A stretch of 64,000 bases of DNA from Chiloscyllium plagiosum. Lineage: Eukaryota. Numbering within the stretch: position 1 is the stretch's first letter; the number at the start of each line of letters is the position of its first letter. The stretch is from NCBI RefSeq assembly GCF_004010195.1, contig NC_057719.1, positions 18,621,159-18,685,158 of the forward strand, in the 5' to 3' direction. The position numbers and the translations under genes were made by a program. The notes beneath the pieces were generated by a model. The model saw only the letters and a program-made list of their open reading frames with translations, did not search any database and had not been told where the DNA came from. Below, piece by piece: positions 13,092-26,372 of the stretch.

Positions 13092-13475
13092 ATTGAGTCA
13101 TGCAGCATAGAAACACATCCTTCGGTCCAACCGGTCCATGCCAAACATAATCCCAAACTAAACTGCTCACCTGCTCCTGGCCCATATCCCTCCAAATCTT
13201 TCCTATTCATGTACTTATCCAAATGTCATTTAAGCATTATAATTGTAGCTACATCCTCCACTTCCTTGGGAAGTTTATTCCACATGCAAACCACTCTCTG
13301 TGTAAACAATTTGTCTCCATGTCTTTTTAAAATTTTTCTCCTCTCATCTTAAAAATGTGCCGCCTTTATCTTGAAATCCCCTATCCTCAGGAAAAGACAA
13401 CTTCCATTCACTCTATCTATATGCCTCACTATTTTATAAACATCCATAAGGTCGCCTCTCAACCTTCTACGCTCC
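13092..13475 (-). mobile_element. CR1 3' fragment
   Basis: Peptide DKYMNRKDLEGYGP plus CR1 3' UTR; same subfamily as 56622-57013. Confidence 0.85.
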
Positions 13476-14385
13476 AACATCTCCTGCTGTTTTGACAGAG
13501 GTGAGTGGCATTCTCATGAAATCAAGTTCCTACAATCTGTGAATTCAAAGTCATGTCTCACCACGTGACTTGACAAAAATGCATCGTGATGGTCACTAAT
13601 TGAAAATAATGTAATGCCACCATTATCTAGCCCTGTCAATTTATGACATGTCTCTCACCAGGTGCAGGCCCCTCTAGCCCACCAGCTCTTTCATCTGAGG
13701 ACCCTACCTCAGTGTGTGTGCTTGTGAGTATTGCAATGCCAGGCATTCTTTTCTTCAGTGGCATCTCCTTCTCCAAGTTATCTCATTCGAGAGATTTTTG
13801 GTGAGGACTTTGCAGTTGAGCTTTACTAGGAAAAAAGGACAAGTACTTGAATGGCAATGAGAAGCTGTACATGAAAATTTTGACTTTTTTGGTTGAGATT
13901 TCAAAGCTGACTCAAGATGTAGCTGCTTTGGTAATGTAATGATGTTACTCTTACTCAATGAAGCTACTGACATCATCATCTCCAGTGGTGATTCCTCTTC
14001 TCGTGCACTGGTTGGCAATGTCTCCTGCTCCACCTGGCTCAGGACTGTGGGGTTACTTCATACTTCCCCAGCCCTTGGTTATCTTATCTCTGACCCTGCA
14101 GTTGTGTGCTGAATCCTTCTGTTTAAGAAAGAAAAAGATTTGAATGGCTGCCTTTTTAAAATTCTTGTCAAGAGATCTCGGCAACAATGAGCAAGGCGTC
14201 ATTTGCTTCCGACCAGTGATTGGTGATTCGAGAGAAGGTAGTGATGAGCAGCAGAGTGAAACACTGCAGTTCAGGTGGTGTAGGTACCATTTTGAAACTC
14301 TCTGTGCATCTTCAACCCTGCAGGAAACTGTAAGATTATCAGCCATTCTCTCAATTGCATTAAAAAATAGATCAACTTGTTATAC

Positions 14386-14625
14386 AGGGGTGGCATGGTG
14401 GCTCAGTAGTTTCCTGATGAAGGGCTTATGCCCGAAACGTCGATTCTCCAGTTCCTTGGATGCTGCCTGACCTGCTGTGCTTTACCAGCAACACATTTTC
14501 AGCAGGTTATGTGCATTAGTCAGGGGGAAATGCAGGATAACAGGGTCTGAGTGGGTTACTCTTCAGAGGGTCAGTGTGGACTTGTTGGGCCGAAGGGCCT
14601 GATTCCACACTGTAGGGGTTCTATG
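14386..14625 (+). mobile_element. HE1-type SINE with centre replaced by a PLE pLTR arm
   Basis: Head gggtggcatggtggctcagtagtt, insert at 14412-14503, then resumes aggttatgtgcattagtcagggg (compare intact copy 53388-53703). Confidence 0.8.
14412..14443 (+). ncRNA. Minimal type I hammerhead ribozyme (PLE-type), intact core
   Basis: uc-CUGAUGA(14414-20)-A-GGGC-uuau-GCCC-GAAA-CGUC(14438-41)-ga. Confidence 0.75.
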
Positions 14626-15234
14626 AGAACACATTCTCTTCAGATCTCTGAAATTTGGTAGATCTCTGGGCTGAAGACTGATAACATTAATTCTGTTCTT
14701 AACACTGTGATTTCTGTAAGGTCCTTTAAATAGGAAGACTTTAATCTTTTGAATTTCCTTCACTGAGGGTGTTATTCCTGTTGAAACAAGCAGTTGCTCC
14801 ATTGTAATATCCTTAACTTCATTAATCTCCTTCATAGAGGAATGCTAGTCTGTTGAAATAGATACTTTAATTTTCACAATATTCTGGATCTCTAAACCAG
14901 TACCTTGGATCTTTCGACATTGGTCATCCCACGTCAGCAGCAATTTCCATTTAGATGTCTGAACCTGTTTTCAATTTGTGTGACTGGACTTTTATATTTT
15001 AATTTCCATTATTGTTCAGTTGGATACTTTAATTTATCCTCAGTAATTGCATTATTGATGAAACTAAAATGGTCACTTCTTCAGCTTGAGAGTTGCTTCT
15101 TGCGTAGTATCATCTCTGTCACTGGTATTGATGATTTTCCTGCAAAGATACCAGAAGAACATGCTTAAACTTGTATCTTCTAACAGCTGACATTAGGCTC
15201 AAGTCTGTCTTCACAATTCTTTCACCAATCTTGT

Positions 15235-15805
15235 TACCACCATACAGTGTCTTGGTGAGGTCACACCCAGATTGCTGTGAACTGGTTTGGTATCTGTATT
15301 TAAGAAAGGATGTGCTGGCATTGGAGGTAATTGAAAAGAGATTCACTAGGTCGATTCCTGGGATGAAGGGGTTGATTTGTCAAAAATGGCAAAACAGGTT
15401 GAGCCTTTATTCGTTGGAGTTTAAAGAATATAGGATGTTCGTATTGAAACATACAAACTTGACAGGACAGATGTTAAGGAGATGTTTCCACTCGTGGGAG
15501 AATCACAGACTCGGGAACATGGTTACAGAATAAGGGAATACTCATTAAAAACTGAGATGTGATGGAATCACTTCCAAAGAGTAATCAATGCTTGTAACTC
15601 GATATCTCAGAGAGATGTGGAGTCTAGATCACTGTAAGTATTCAAAGAGGAGGTAAATAGACTTTGGAAATATTGGTGAGCTGAGGGCTATGTGGAGCTT
15701 GCATGAAAGAAGAGTTGAGGCCTGGGAAAGATTAGTAATGATTTTATCGAATAGTGGGGCAGACGTGAGGGGCCAAATAGCTTACCTCTGCCTCTATTTC
15801 TTTTT
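15235..15805 (+). mobile_element. CR1-clade LINE 3' fragment, old
   Basis: Peptide YSVLVRSHPDCCELVWYLYLRKDVLALEVIEKRFTRSIPGMKGL...RLSLYSLE. Confidence 0.85.
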
Positions 15806-16764
15806 TTTATGAGCTGTATTCCAGTTTCAATGACTTTAGTTACACGTTGATCAATGAATTCAAGTGAGGTACACTACTCATTTGTTCTCTCATCATTTGT
15901 GTTTCCCCACAAACACTGCTGATGCTTTTACTCTGAATTATCTTCAGCACTGATTGGAGTGGAAAATATTTCTGCCAGCATTCTTTATTCAGAGATTTCC
16001 ATCCTGTTATCATTATGAAACAATTATTTTGTGCCAGCATAACTAATCTCAATAGATTCTTCTTTTGAGCTCTGTCATGAATCTAGGAAACATTATAAAA
16101 TCCTGAATTAGTTGTTAGTTCATCATGATTTTTTTGACTTGTTGCTTAATGACTGATTGTCCCTTAACTGGCTGTCCTCAACCAGTTGTTTCATGACTTT
16201 ATCTAGTTTTACTCATTTCATTAGGTTAAAAGGATTTAGGCCAAAATTCATATTCATCCTTAAGAGTCAGATTTCTTCATTGTGAAATATGTATCAATTC
16301 TCTATCAGTTAACACTCTACGTGAAGCTAGCTTGTAGAGTTGCTTGTAGTGTAGATTTAATCTTAAATGGTTTGCTATCTAGACCATGTAGTTGCACTAT
16401 TGTAAGCTGCAAACAGTGTTTCTTCACTCAAAAGTGACATTTGCCCCTATATAGAGCTTAAAATTGATTGAGATGTCCATTGACGTAAATATCTTCTTGA
16501 CAAACGGCTATTCTGAGTACCCCATTTTCCAAAGGAATATTTCAACTTTTCTTCTGTTGAAACCAATTCTATCTCATGAACTTCTTTGTATGAACAGAAA
16601 TTTGACTTGTTGCTGCTCTGTGAGCAAGTCTTGTTTCAGCACATTATTTTGTAGTGTGACGTATTACTCTACAGATAAGGCATTAATTTTTAAAAGCTAC
16701 CATTGCCTGGGAAGTGATGTGTAGCATATCACAGTGCTGACATTGACTCTCAACTCGCCCCTGA

Positions 16765-17835
16765 CATCAAAGTCACATTTGACTGTGTGTGGCATCAAGC
16801 ACCTCCAGCAAAACTGAACTAAGGCACATCAGGGAGCAAACTCTCCACTGGCTGCAGTCACATCTGGCACTTCGGAAGGTAGTTGTTGTTATTGAGGTCA
16901 ATCATCTCAGCTTCAAGACATCTCTGCAGGAGTTTCACAGGGTAACAAACTGGGCTGCACCATCTTCAGGTGCTTTATCGATGATTTTCCTTCCACCACA
17001 TGGTTAGAAGTGGGGATGTTTGCTGATGATTGTATGATGTTCAGCACTATTTTTGTGACTCCTCAGACACTGAAGCAGTCCATCTCTAAATGCAGCAAGG
17101 CCTGACCAATATCCAGACTTGGGCTAACAAGCAGCAAGTAACAAATCCCAGCCAATGACCATTTCCGACAAAAGACAACGTGACCATTAACAACTCTTTG
17201 ACGTAAATAGCATTACTCCACTAAAAGTCCTTATTATCAACATCCTGGGATTTACCATTGATCAGATACTAAACTGGACTAACTTTGGCTAAAAGAGCAG
17301 GTATACTGTAGTGAGTAACTATCTTCCTGACTCTCTAAAGCATGTCCAAAGGGATGGAATATTCCCCACTTGTCTGGATGGGTGAAGCTCTAACTCAATA
17401 GGTTTGTCACCAACCAGGAGAAAAACAGCTCACTTGATTGGCACGACAACCAGAATGAGCTACTCCCTTCACCACTAACAATCAATAGCTGCAATGTGCA
17501 CCACCTACAGGATCCACTGCAGAAATTTACCAAGGATCCTCTGAGAGAACCTTTCAAATCCACAACCACATCCATCTGGAGGACAGGGACAGCAGATGCA
17601 TGGATAGACCCATCACCTGCAAGTTCCCACCCAAGCCACCCGTTATCCTGACTTGGAAATACAATGCCATTCCTTTTGTGACATCGCTTCTTAATAGAGT
17701 TGTGGGCCTATCTACATTATGTGGATTGCAGTGGTTCAAGAAGGCAAATCACCATACCTTCTCAAGGGCAACTAGAGATGGGTAATTAATACTGACCCAG
17801 CCAGCAACACTCATGTCTATCTCTTGCATAGAAAA
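16765..17835 (+). mobile_element. LINE family B (CR1/Jockey superclade, clade unresolved), RT + 3' end
   Basis: gtggggatgtttgctgatgattgt = VGMFADDC RT motif; 3' end tggttcaagaaggc..caccataccttctcaagggcaactagagatggg. Confidence 0.8.
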
Positions 17836-17856
17836 TAGTTTTCAGTCTTATTCTAT

Positions 17857-18245
17857 GCATGGGCTTCTCTCATTGGAAAGAAGAAGGCTAAGAGGGGATT
17901 TGATAGACACATACAAGATGATCAGAGGATTAGATAGGGTAGACAGTGAAAGTCTTTTTCCTAGGATGATGATGTCAGCTTGTACGAGGGGGCATAACTA
18001 CAAATTGAGGGGTGATAGATTTAAGACAGATGTCAGAGACAGGTTCTTTAGTCAGAGAGTGGTAAGGGCGTGGGCCTACCTATAAATGTAGTTAACTCAG
18101 CCACATTAGGGAGATTTAAACAATCCTTGGATTAGCACATGGATGATGATGGGATAGTGTAGGGGGCCGAGCTAAGAATAGTTCACAGGTCGGCGCAACA
18201 TTGTGGCCAAGGGGCCAGTTCAATGCTGTATTGTTCTATGTGTTC
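17857..18245 (+). mobile_element. CR1 3' fragment
   Basis: Peptide GLLSLERRRLRGDLIDTYKMIRGLDRVD...TRGHNYKL...FFSQRVVRAW. Confidence 0.92.
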
Positions 18246-20019
18246 TTATGGATTTTGTGCCTTCAGAAGTGAATAAAGTCTGTACATCTTCTGTGATGAT
18301 ATTAATCCTCTCCTCTTAGGACTGACCTGCATTTCTTTCAGACTTTTGCTTTGTTCATCATCTGAATGGCTCTCTCCAAAGTCTTCCTTATACTGTAATA
18401 CATCTGACAAAGATTCATCACCAATTCCAACAGCAATTCTATCTTTTGCAAATTTGTGATTGTGAAGGAATTGGCAGAGACTTGAAAGGACGCAAGAATT
18501 TTTTTAATAAAAAGATGTAAAGCAGGCTCTAAACAAGATGTTCATTCATTGCGAATGATAGAAAGCAGAGGCACTGCAAGGAAACTCCTTCAAGATGAAC
18601 AGGTATAGAGCTCTGGGGGGGCCCTAATAGTTATTACAAAGCCTATAAAGGGGGAAAAGATAACTAATTACCTTAAAAATGTCAGGGTAGATTTTCCAAT
18701 CTTTGAGCTTCAGATATAGAACCACTAAGCTTTGCTTTTGCAACAAGTGGAGACGCTGGGCTATACCCCCACATCCTCATGGACTGGCTTCATTATGTAT
18801 TTCATGAAAGTTAAATGCTACTGCTTGGAGTTCATGTAAAATGAAAGTGGGACAGAAGTTACTAGTGAATGAAATCTGGCAAATGGCAGAAAAGAAAGGG
18901 AACAGCACAACTCCCTAAGGGGCCAATAATTGAGGAGGATGGAAGATAAAGCTTTGAACAGCGTATGCCTCCACTGTTTGTTAGGTAATTAGTGGCTGTG
19001 AAGGCTCCACTGTATGAAATGGATGCTGTGGTTTTCTGTATTGAATTCCAGCTCAACCAATCTTTGTTAGTCAACAGTGTCATATAGCACAGAGGTGGTC
19101 CAAATGCACACAACATAAAATATTGCCCATCTACCTACTCCAGATTCATTGCTGATCTGTATTAAACTTCAGCTTAGCTTACAGTTTGATTGTTCATCAA
19201 ATATGTCCACAATCCAGCAAGGTGCCTGTATTCAGCTTCAATTGGGTACTGACATTTTAAAGAGGACATCATGCAACACGTCAGTGCCTAACTTGCCAGA
19301 TGATATGTTGTTAGTCATTGACATTGGAAGGTGGCAGATTTGTCACATGCTTTGCTTTCATTCCACACACACCTTCAACAAAGTGGAAACAACCATTTGC
19401 ATTTATATAGTGTCTTTTATGTAAGGAATCATTACAATGCAGTTCATTGAAGCATAAGAAAATTAAATTTATTTTTCATTATGAAAAGTATAAATTGTAG
19501 TTTTCTTGTCAGGCAGTCCCAAGGAAGATGATTTGCTTCTACTCGAGTGTGAAGATCTCAGAGATGGCCTTCAATTGCAATGTGCTGTTTTTAAAATCTG
19601 TCACATGCAAGTAGAATACTCTCGCAGGATCGGGCAGATCAGGTGTTTTGCAAATTGTGTGCCCCCTCTGTCACCTCAACTTTCCCTCTGTGTGTTCTAA
19701 ACCAAGTCTCTCAATGCGTTCAGTGCCATTTCAGTCAATCCCAAGTCAGGAAATCCCATGAGACAGCGGATACACTTGACTTGTTTTGTCATACTTTGAG
19801 GGTTCCCCTAACGTGTTTGTGCTATTCTCCTTGAAGTCTCCTGCTATGACTGAATTCCAAGTAGCGAAGAAGTCTGGCCTATATGTCTCTCTTGATCTAC
19901 CAGGCGATATATTATGCCCTCTGAAATGGCTTATCAGTTGAGACAGATGAACAATAAATCCTGGCCTTGCCTTCATTTAATTAAACTAATAGACGAAAGG
20001 TCTATTTTTGCAGCAGGGA

Positions 20020-20235
20020 TCTCACTCAGTTGACACTCCAGTTAGTACTGCAAGCATGCTGCACCATCAGAAGTGTTGACTTTCAGAAAATAAATTAAAT
20101 TGAGGCCTTGGTTCCCCTCTCAGATGGAGAAGAAAGATCCCAATGATACTATTTCAGAGAGTGGTCTCGTGACCACTTTGGAATGTCTTAAAGTCACAAA
20201 GGATGTCATATAAATGCAAGCCTTTGTTTCTTTCA
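20020..20235 (+). mobile_element. Deu-domain SINE fragment
   Basis: gacactccag..agtactg..gctgcac..tttcag..cctctcagatgga..aaagatccca; tail tataaatgcaag. Confidence 0.6.
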
Positions 20236-21389
20236 GTTTTAAAGACATTTTTTTGTAATACATTCATTCCACTATTCTGTTCCAGTTTGCCTAGGTTTCT
20301 TTTAGAGACCTTAACCTTCTCGCAAAGTTCCATGCTGTTTCACTGCATTAACACATAACTACAGATTCTTCACCATCTTCCCCCCTCCAGGGAAGCACAA
20401 AATATTAAATCGACAATTTTTTTTTCTCAGTATACAAGATGAACACTTATTCTTAATAGGTGGCAATTTGCTGGCTGTCATTTGGATCCTAAGTGAGAAC
20501 TTCAATGATATTTAATGCAGAGCCCTGGGAATTAATAAACAATAATGTGCGTTTCTCACAGTGTTGTGATATTTATAGATCTTTCAGGGTTTTTCTTCTC
20601 TTACCCACCTCCTCCCAATGCCACAAAAAAATGCTGACATTTGTTCTATGACAGAACTGGGAAAGATTCAGCTATTCAGTCTCACCTAAGACCATAACAC
20701 CTTGGGAAAATCTTCAAATGCCTTATGCACTCTAGCTGTTGGGCGTTCCTCTCTTTGGCTTCCTTTTAACGCAGTTTTACTATTCCTGTACTGTAGCTTG
20801 GTTTAAGAAATGTGATTTGATTCTGAAAAATTAATTGAATGAATATATTTACAGCCATGGAGAGCAGTTTCTATGGGTGGCAACAATTGGTGGGATGCAC
20901 CAAACTTCCTGCACAAAGCAAACCTTTCTGTTTTACAAAACTACAATGCACTTGGGCTCTTTTTAAACAAAAACAGAAATAACTGGAGAAAATCTACCAG
21001 TCTGGTGGCATCTATGGAGATTAAAGAGCTTCTTTTCAAGTAATGCTGTTAAATTATTTGAGCTCAAGTGTAAGGAATGAAAAAAAATCTTTGCTCTTTG
21101 AGTTCATGTTAGTGGGGAGGGGGCATTAACCCTTCAGAATTGGCCTGCCATCTCCAAAGAGTCCAAACTATTGTCCAGGGCAACGTTATGAGCAACCCGG
21201 AAAAAAAATAAATTATAAGACGTTAAGAGATAGTTGTGTTTATTTCCTGCTTATTGGAATACTTTGTGTATTATGCTAAAGATATTGGAGATGGTAAGAA
21301 AAGATTGACTGAAAATTAAGAATAATTGAATTCGGTGTTTGTTTTTCTGAAGGTCTGGGAATGATGGTGAGCGCCCTTGCTATGGGTGA

Positions 21390-22110
21390 TCAATAATCAT
21401 TGCCGCTTGACATTCTGGCATTACCATCACTGAATCATCCACTGTCCCCATTTTGGCAGTTAACATTGACCAGAATCTGCACTGGATCAGTCAGGCAGTT
21501 AGTGTGGCAGTGAAAGCAGCTGCAGGTCAGAGATGATTCATTCTGTGGCAAGTAACCCATCTCCTAACTTTGCAAAATCTTTCCATAATGACCACGACAA
21601 TTGGGTGATAAAGTACTCTCCCTTTGCCTGGGTGCATGCAGTTCTAACAAAACTCAAGAAATGTGACACCATCCAGGACAAATTAGTCCACTTGATTGGC
21701 ACCACATCCACCACCTTCCATACTCATTCCCTTCTCCACTGACACATAGTGTGCATCATTTGCAACATGCACTGCTGTAAATCACCAAAGCTCCTCCAAC
21801 AGCACTTTCCAAGCCCACAAACTCCATCAATTAGAAGGACAAGGGCAGCAGATGAATGGGAATACCACCCCCTGCAAGTTCCCCTTCAAGCCACACATCA
21901 TTCTGACATGGATGTGCATTATTGTTTCTTCATTGTCAACTTCAAAAATCCATGCTCTCCTTGTTGACAGCACTTTGAGTGTACCTGCAGCCCAAGAATC
22001 ACTACAGTTCAAAGAAGGCTTTTTCAAGTTCAAGAGGACCTTCACCTTCTCCAGCGCAATTAGGAATGAGCAATAAATGCTGGTTCATCAGTGATGCCAA
22101 CTTCACATAA
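21390..22110 (+). mobile_element. LINE family B 3' fragment
   Basis: Peptide KYSPFAWVHAVLTKLKKCDTIQDKLVHLIG; tail gcaattaggaatgagcaataaatgctgg. Confidence 0.8.
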
Positions 22111-22467
22111 AGAAAAACAAACAAAGGTTTAGAATTTGCCTGTTAGAGCCAAAGATCTGAGGATAACTTTCCTGGAGGTGCCACTGTGCCTCCCATAGTT
22201 TATTACTATTATGCCAATGGAATGAGTTTTGCAATGACTTTTCAAGCCAGCCCAGTCTCCTGACATCATCTAAGTTTGCCACCAAAATTTGAATTTTATC
22301 ATGAATGTACTTTGATGCTGTTAGCTTAACGCTCATCTGATTCATGTTGTAGAATACTCTTAAGCAGTACCAGGCGGTGACATTGATGTGATGGTATTTA
22401 TGCAAGATTGCTCAATGTTGGTTGCCTCAAAGTAACAGAGCATCCATTCAAAGTAATAGATCACTCA

Positions 22468-22572
22468 TAACAAAAACAGAAAATACTGGAGAAGCTCAGC
22501 AAATCTGGCAGCATCTGTGGAGAGGAAACATTGTTAACATTTTCCAGTTCAGTGACTCTTCTTTAGATCTGA
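22468..22572 (-). mobile_element. PLE pLTR fragment (same family as 46253-50048), degenerate hammerhead
   Basis: Minus strand reads ctaaaga-a-gagtcactgaactg-gaaaatgttaac...gatgctgccagatttgctgag. Related arms lie at ~20965-21020 and ~38570-38650. Confidence 0.65.
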
Positions 22573-22874
22573 TAGCATCTAGAAAATGTAATCACTCATC
22601 ATTGTTCAAAAGTGCAGCTTTGACATTCTGCTTTTAGATCTTCCCTTTTTCAAGATAACATTGAAATCTATGAATGAGCAATGAAGTGAAACACCTAACC
22701 TCTGTCCAATCCTGTACCCTTTACTCTGAGCATCAATGTATTACTCTTCATGCACCCATCTTTGAACTTTCTCCATGTAGCATGATAACTTTTTGATTCA
22801 ATGTTTAAATTTAGATTATGAATATTAACTCTAAATATCTTCATATTTACATAGTATGCTTACATCGAGTTGTG

Positions 22875-22950
22875 CTGAAATAAGACAGATTTTGTTGAAT
22901 CTTTTTATTTTGCACTCATCAGGACAATTCACAAGAAATGCCAATGTAAA
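22875..22950 (-). mobile_element. PLE-type pLTR fragment with hammerhead-like core (family shared with 59815-60068)
   Basis: Minus strand cttgtgaattgtc-ctgatga-gtgcaaaat-aaaa-agattc-aac matches cttgtgaattgtcctgatgagtgcaagataaaa at ~59993-60025. Confidence 0.6.
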
Positions 22951-23304
22951 GGTTAGATTACTTACAGTGTGGAAACAGGCCCTTCGACCCAACAAGTGCG
23001 CTAGTCAAGCCCAGTTAATCTGGGTGCCCCAGAAGGAAAAGAACATTTTAACTCAGGCATGAACGCAAACTTGGCTCACTCACCTAAATGGCTGATATTG
23101 TACTCCAACACAACCAGTACATCCATTTCCAAGGGTTACTCTTTACTGAATCATTCTTCCTTCACATCAGCAATCCAAAGTCAGGGGGCTCAGGATCAAC
23201 CAGGAGACGTGAATAAATCCTTTCCAATGAAATAATGTCTGTTCCTATGAGGCAGATTGGAAGCACTGACAACAATTATTGAATTTAGTTGCACATTTAA
23301 AAGG

Positions 23305-23462
23305 TTATGATTTGGAGGAGCCAGTGTTGGACTGGGGTGGACAAAATTAAAAATCACCCAACACCAGGTTATAGTCCAACAGGTTTATTTAGAGGCACTA
23401 GCTTTGGAAGCATTGCTTCTTCATTAGGTGATTGTGGAGCATCACAGCTATCCAATGAAGGG
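23305..23462 (-). mobile_element. PLE pLTR fragment (another family), degenerate hammerhead
   Basis: Minus strand cac-ctaatga-a-gaagcaatgcttc-caaa-gcta-gtg followed by aataaacctgttggactataacctggtg. Confidence 0.6.
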
Positions 23463-23884
23463 GGAAGATTGGTTCTTTGTCTCAGAATAAGGGTCTCTTT
23501 AAGGGCAAGTTAAGAGGCAAGTGAAAGAGAGAAAATATAAAGGAAAAAAAAAATGACCTCTTCCTGATAAATCATAAAATTCCCCCCTACGCCAAGGCTT
23601 AACTATTATTCTCAACCCCAGGGATCAGGGAGCTCTCCCTATCCATGGATAAAGATGCTGAGTTACTGAGTGAAGAAGACAGACTAGATGGGGCATGTAA
23701 GACAGTAAGTAGTAAATATCAGTTAAAAAGGGTCACTGAGTGAGGCAGAGCAGTAATTGAATCCATGACTGTGAGGTATGCGAGTGGGAGATAAAGGAAA
23801 GGTATGTTTGAGTGAGACATTGAGTAAAGCAGAGCAGGGGAGGCAGAGCCCAAGTTGGGTGTGAATGAACCAAACTGTTAGATC

Positions 23885-24010
23885 AAATTATCTTTATTGA
23901 ATTATCCATATTGTCACATGTACTCGAATGGTTGCAGTAAAAAGTTTATAAGTCGCCACTTATGGCGCCGTCTTAGATACAAGATATCTAAGTACAGATA
24001 CTTAAGTATT
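23885..24010 (-). mobile_element. Non-autonomous element with Rex1-like tail, 3' part
   Basis: Minus strand ctaagacggcgccataagtggcgacttataaac...gagtacatgtgacaat. Confidence 0.5.
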
Positions 24011-24194
24011 TGGTAAAAATAAGTAAAGTGTCACATAAGAATTAAAGTTACTGATCGGGCAAGTGTTAGAGGGCAAGTTGCTGAATATGAGTGAATGAAG
24101 ATGACTCTGTGTGAGCAACTGATGAACATAAGAGAGTAAACCAGCATGGAAGATTAAATGTGAATCACATATAGGAAAAGTAAATTTACCATTA

Positions 24195-24395
24195 TCTTAC
24201 CAGACCATCAGGTGCTCTTTCATTAGACAGCAATGGCTGGTGGTTGTTTAACCTAAGGGTCACCATGCCTCAGGTGAGGAGAGAGGCTGAGCAGGTGAGT
24301 AGCTCATGGTAACCATAACTAGTGCAGGAATTGAACTCATGTTGTTAACATCACTCTGCATTGCAAACCAACTATCCGGCCAATTAAACAAACCT
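24195..24395 (-). mobile_element. tRNA-derived SINE fragment (unassigned family)
   Basis: Minus head with B-box-like gagttcaattcc. Confidence 0.45.
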
Positions 24396-25311
24396 GTCTC
24401 TCATTAGGGGCACTCGTGTGTGCTACCTCTGAGCCAGAAAGGCCTGGGTTTGAGTCTCACCAGAGATGTGTCATAACACATCTGAGCACATTGATTAAAA
24501 TGACTATAATATCCTGAAAGGCTTTGACAAAGTGGATGTGCAAAAGCTGTTTCCTGACAAGGTTTTTGTGGTTCAGTGACAATATTTCTAACTCTGGGTC
24601 AGTCACTTGGGTTCAAGTCCTATCTGCTCCAGACGTGTTAGAACACATCTGGACAGGTTACTTACAAATATCTGCAAGTTACTCGACTCTTCTGATACTA
24701 TAAAAGAGCAAAGGAAAGGTACTGTAGAAGCTGGAAACCTGTCATAAAAGCAAGCACTGCTGGAGAAAACGACCTCAGGCATTTTCAGTGGAAAGGGAAT
24801 AAAGTTAAGGTTTCAGGGTGGTGGACTGTACTAGACATGTCTGTCTAGTTTGATGCTGGCTGACCATTTCCTGACTTTATTACTCAAGACTGTGTTGTAT
24901 CTAAAACATGCAACGCTACAAGTTCTGAGTTGTCACGCAGCTCATACACTGCAATAACATTCATCTTGCAAGACCTTTAAAGTCTTTCTATGTTTACTTT
25001 TTGTTTTTTCCAAGCTTATCATTTTGTCAACTTTATTTATATTACCTGTTGCAAACTATCTTTACACAATCGCATGTGAGCAGATGTGACACCAAATTAA
25101 GAAGGTAGTATTTAGTATCGTTGCTCTGTAAAGTACAAAAGCCTGCATAGGAACCCTCACAAGGCAACTATTGCCCTTTTCTATTCGGTTCAGGTAATAT
25201 CACTCTCTAAATCAGAAATTTGCATTTACACTCAAGAGTTCAAATCAGGTTATTTGTGACCTCTGTGATGTATTATTGTTTCCTAGAATTTAATGAATGA
25301 TCGAGCGATTT

Positions 25312-25540
25312 GGTCTGTGTGGAATTTGCACATTCTCCCCATGTCTGCGTGGGTTTCCCCCAGGTTCTCCGGTTTCCTCCCACAATCCAAAGATGTGCAA
25401 GTCAAATGAATTGGCCAAGCTAAATTGCCCATAGTGTTAGGTGCATTAGTCAGAGGGAAATGGGTCTGGGTGGGTTACTCTTCGGTGTGGACTGGTTGGG
25501 CCGAAGGGCCTGTTTCCACAATGTAAGGAATCTAATCTAA
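25312..25540 (+). mobile_element. HE1-type SINE, 5'-truncated
   Basis: gtctgtgtggaatttgcacattctccccatgtctgcgtgggtttcc...gggccgaagggcctgtttccac..aatctaatcta. Confidence 0.9.
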
Positions 25541-26049
25541 AAAAAAATTAAGGAAATAGACGATTCCCTACATATAGTTTTCAAGTATGTGTACCTGAAG
25601 ATTGAGGGATTTACATCTGAAGCCTGTATTCAGAACATCAGAATGTCATCATTTAAGCCATTACTTTAAACGCAGTACTGAGAGAATACTGCAGCAGTGT
25701 GTGCCCTTCCCAATTTTTCCAGGCTTTCATTCTATTGCTGCTTGTGGGATTTGCTGTCTAAAGGTTGACTGTAATTTTTTTCCAACATAATGACAGACAC
25801 TGTATGGGTCCTTGTATGTAAAATAATTTTCCACATTTGTAGGTGAGTTAATAAGGTGTACTGATCAATTTGAGTCTTTTGTTGCGTACCAATATATCCC
25901 TCCTCCCAGTCTAATAATAAAAGTACAACACCCTAAGCCAAATGTGCCAGTTTACATTGGCATGGTCATGGTTTCATCTGTGGTTTTCCAACTGAAAAAA
26001 AAGTGACTTCTGGAAACTGCACAGTTTAAACTTTCCCAAAATATCTTCC

Positions 26050-26372
26050 TTTTCATTCATTTATGAGATGTGAGTGTCTTTAGCTGTGCCAAAATTTACT
26101 GCCAATCCCTTAAATCATGTCATTTACTAGGCCATTTGAGAGGGAAGTTGAGAGTCTGGAGTCACATGTAAGTCAGCAGTTTCCTTACCTAAAAGACATT
26201 CGTGAAACACGTGTTTTCGCAACAATCATTTGACTTTTAATTCCAGGTTTTTTTTATTGAATTCAATTTTTACCATCTGTCCCACTGGGATTTGAAACCA
26301 AGTCCTCAGAATATTACCTGGGATCTCTAGATTACTGATGTAACTATTAACACATCTAGGCCAGCACCTCCT
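26050..26372 (-). mobile_element. tRNA-SINE with LINE family-B tail
   Basis: Colinear with 11672-12016; followed at ~26375-26490 by a plus-strand LINE-B 3' end. Confidence 0.7.

Noticed and set aside
19505..19750. Possible RTE-type LINE 3' end on the minus strand
   Set aside because: Only a short resemblance and no diagnostic peptide.
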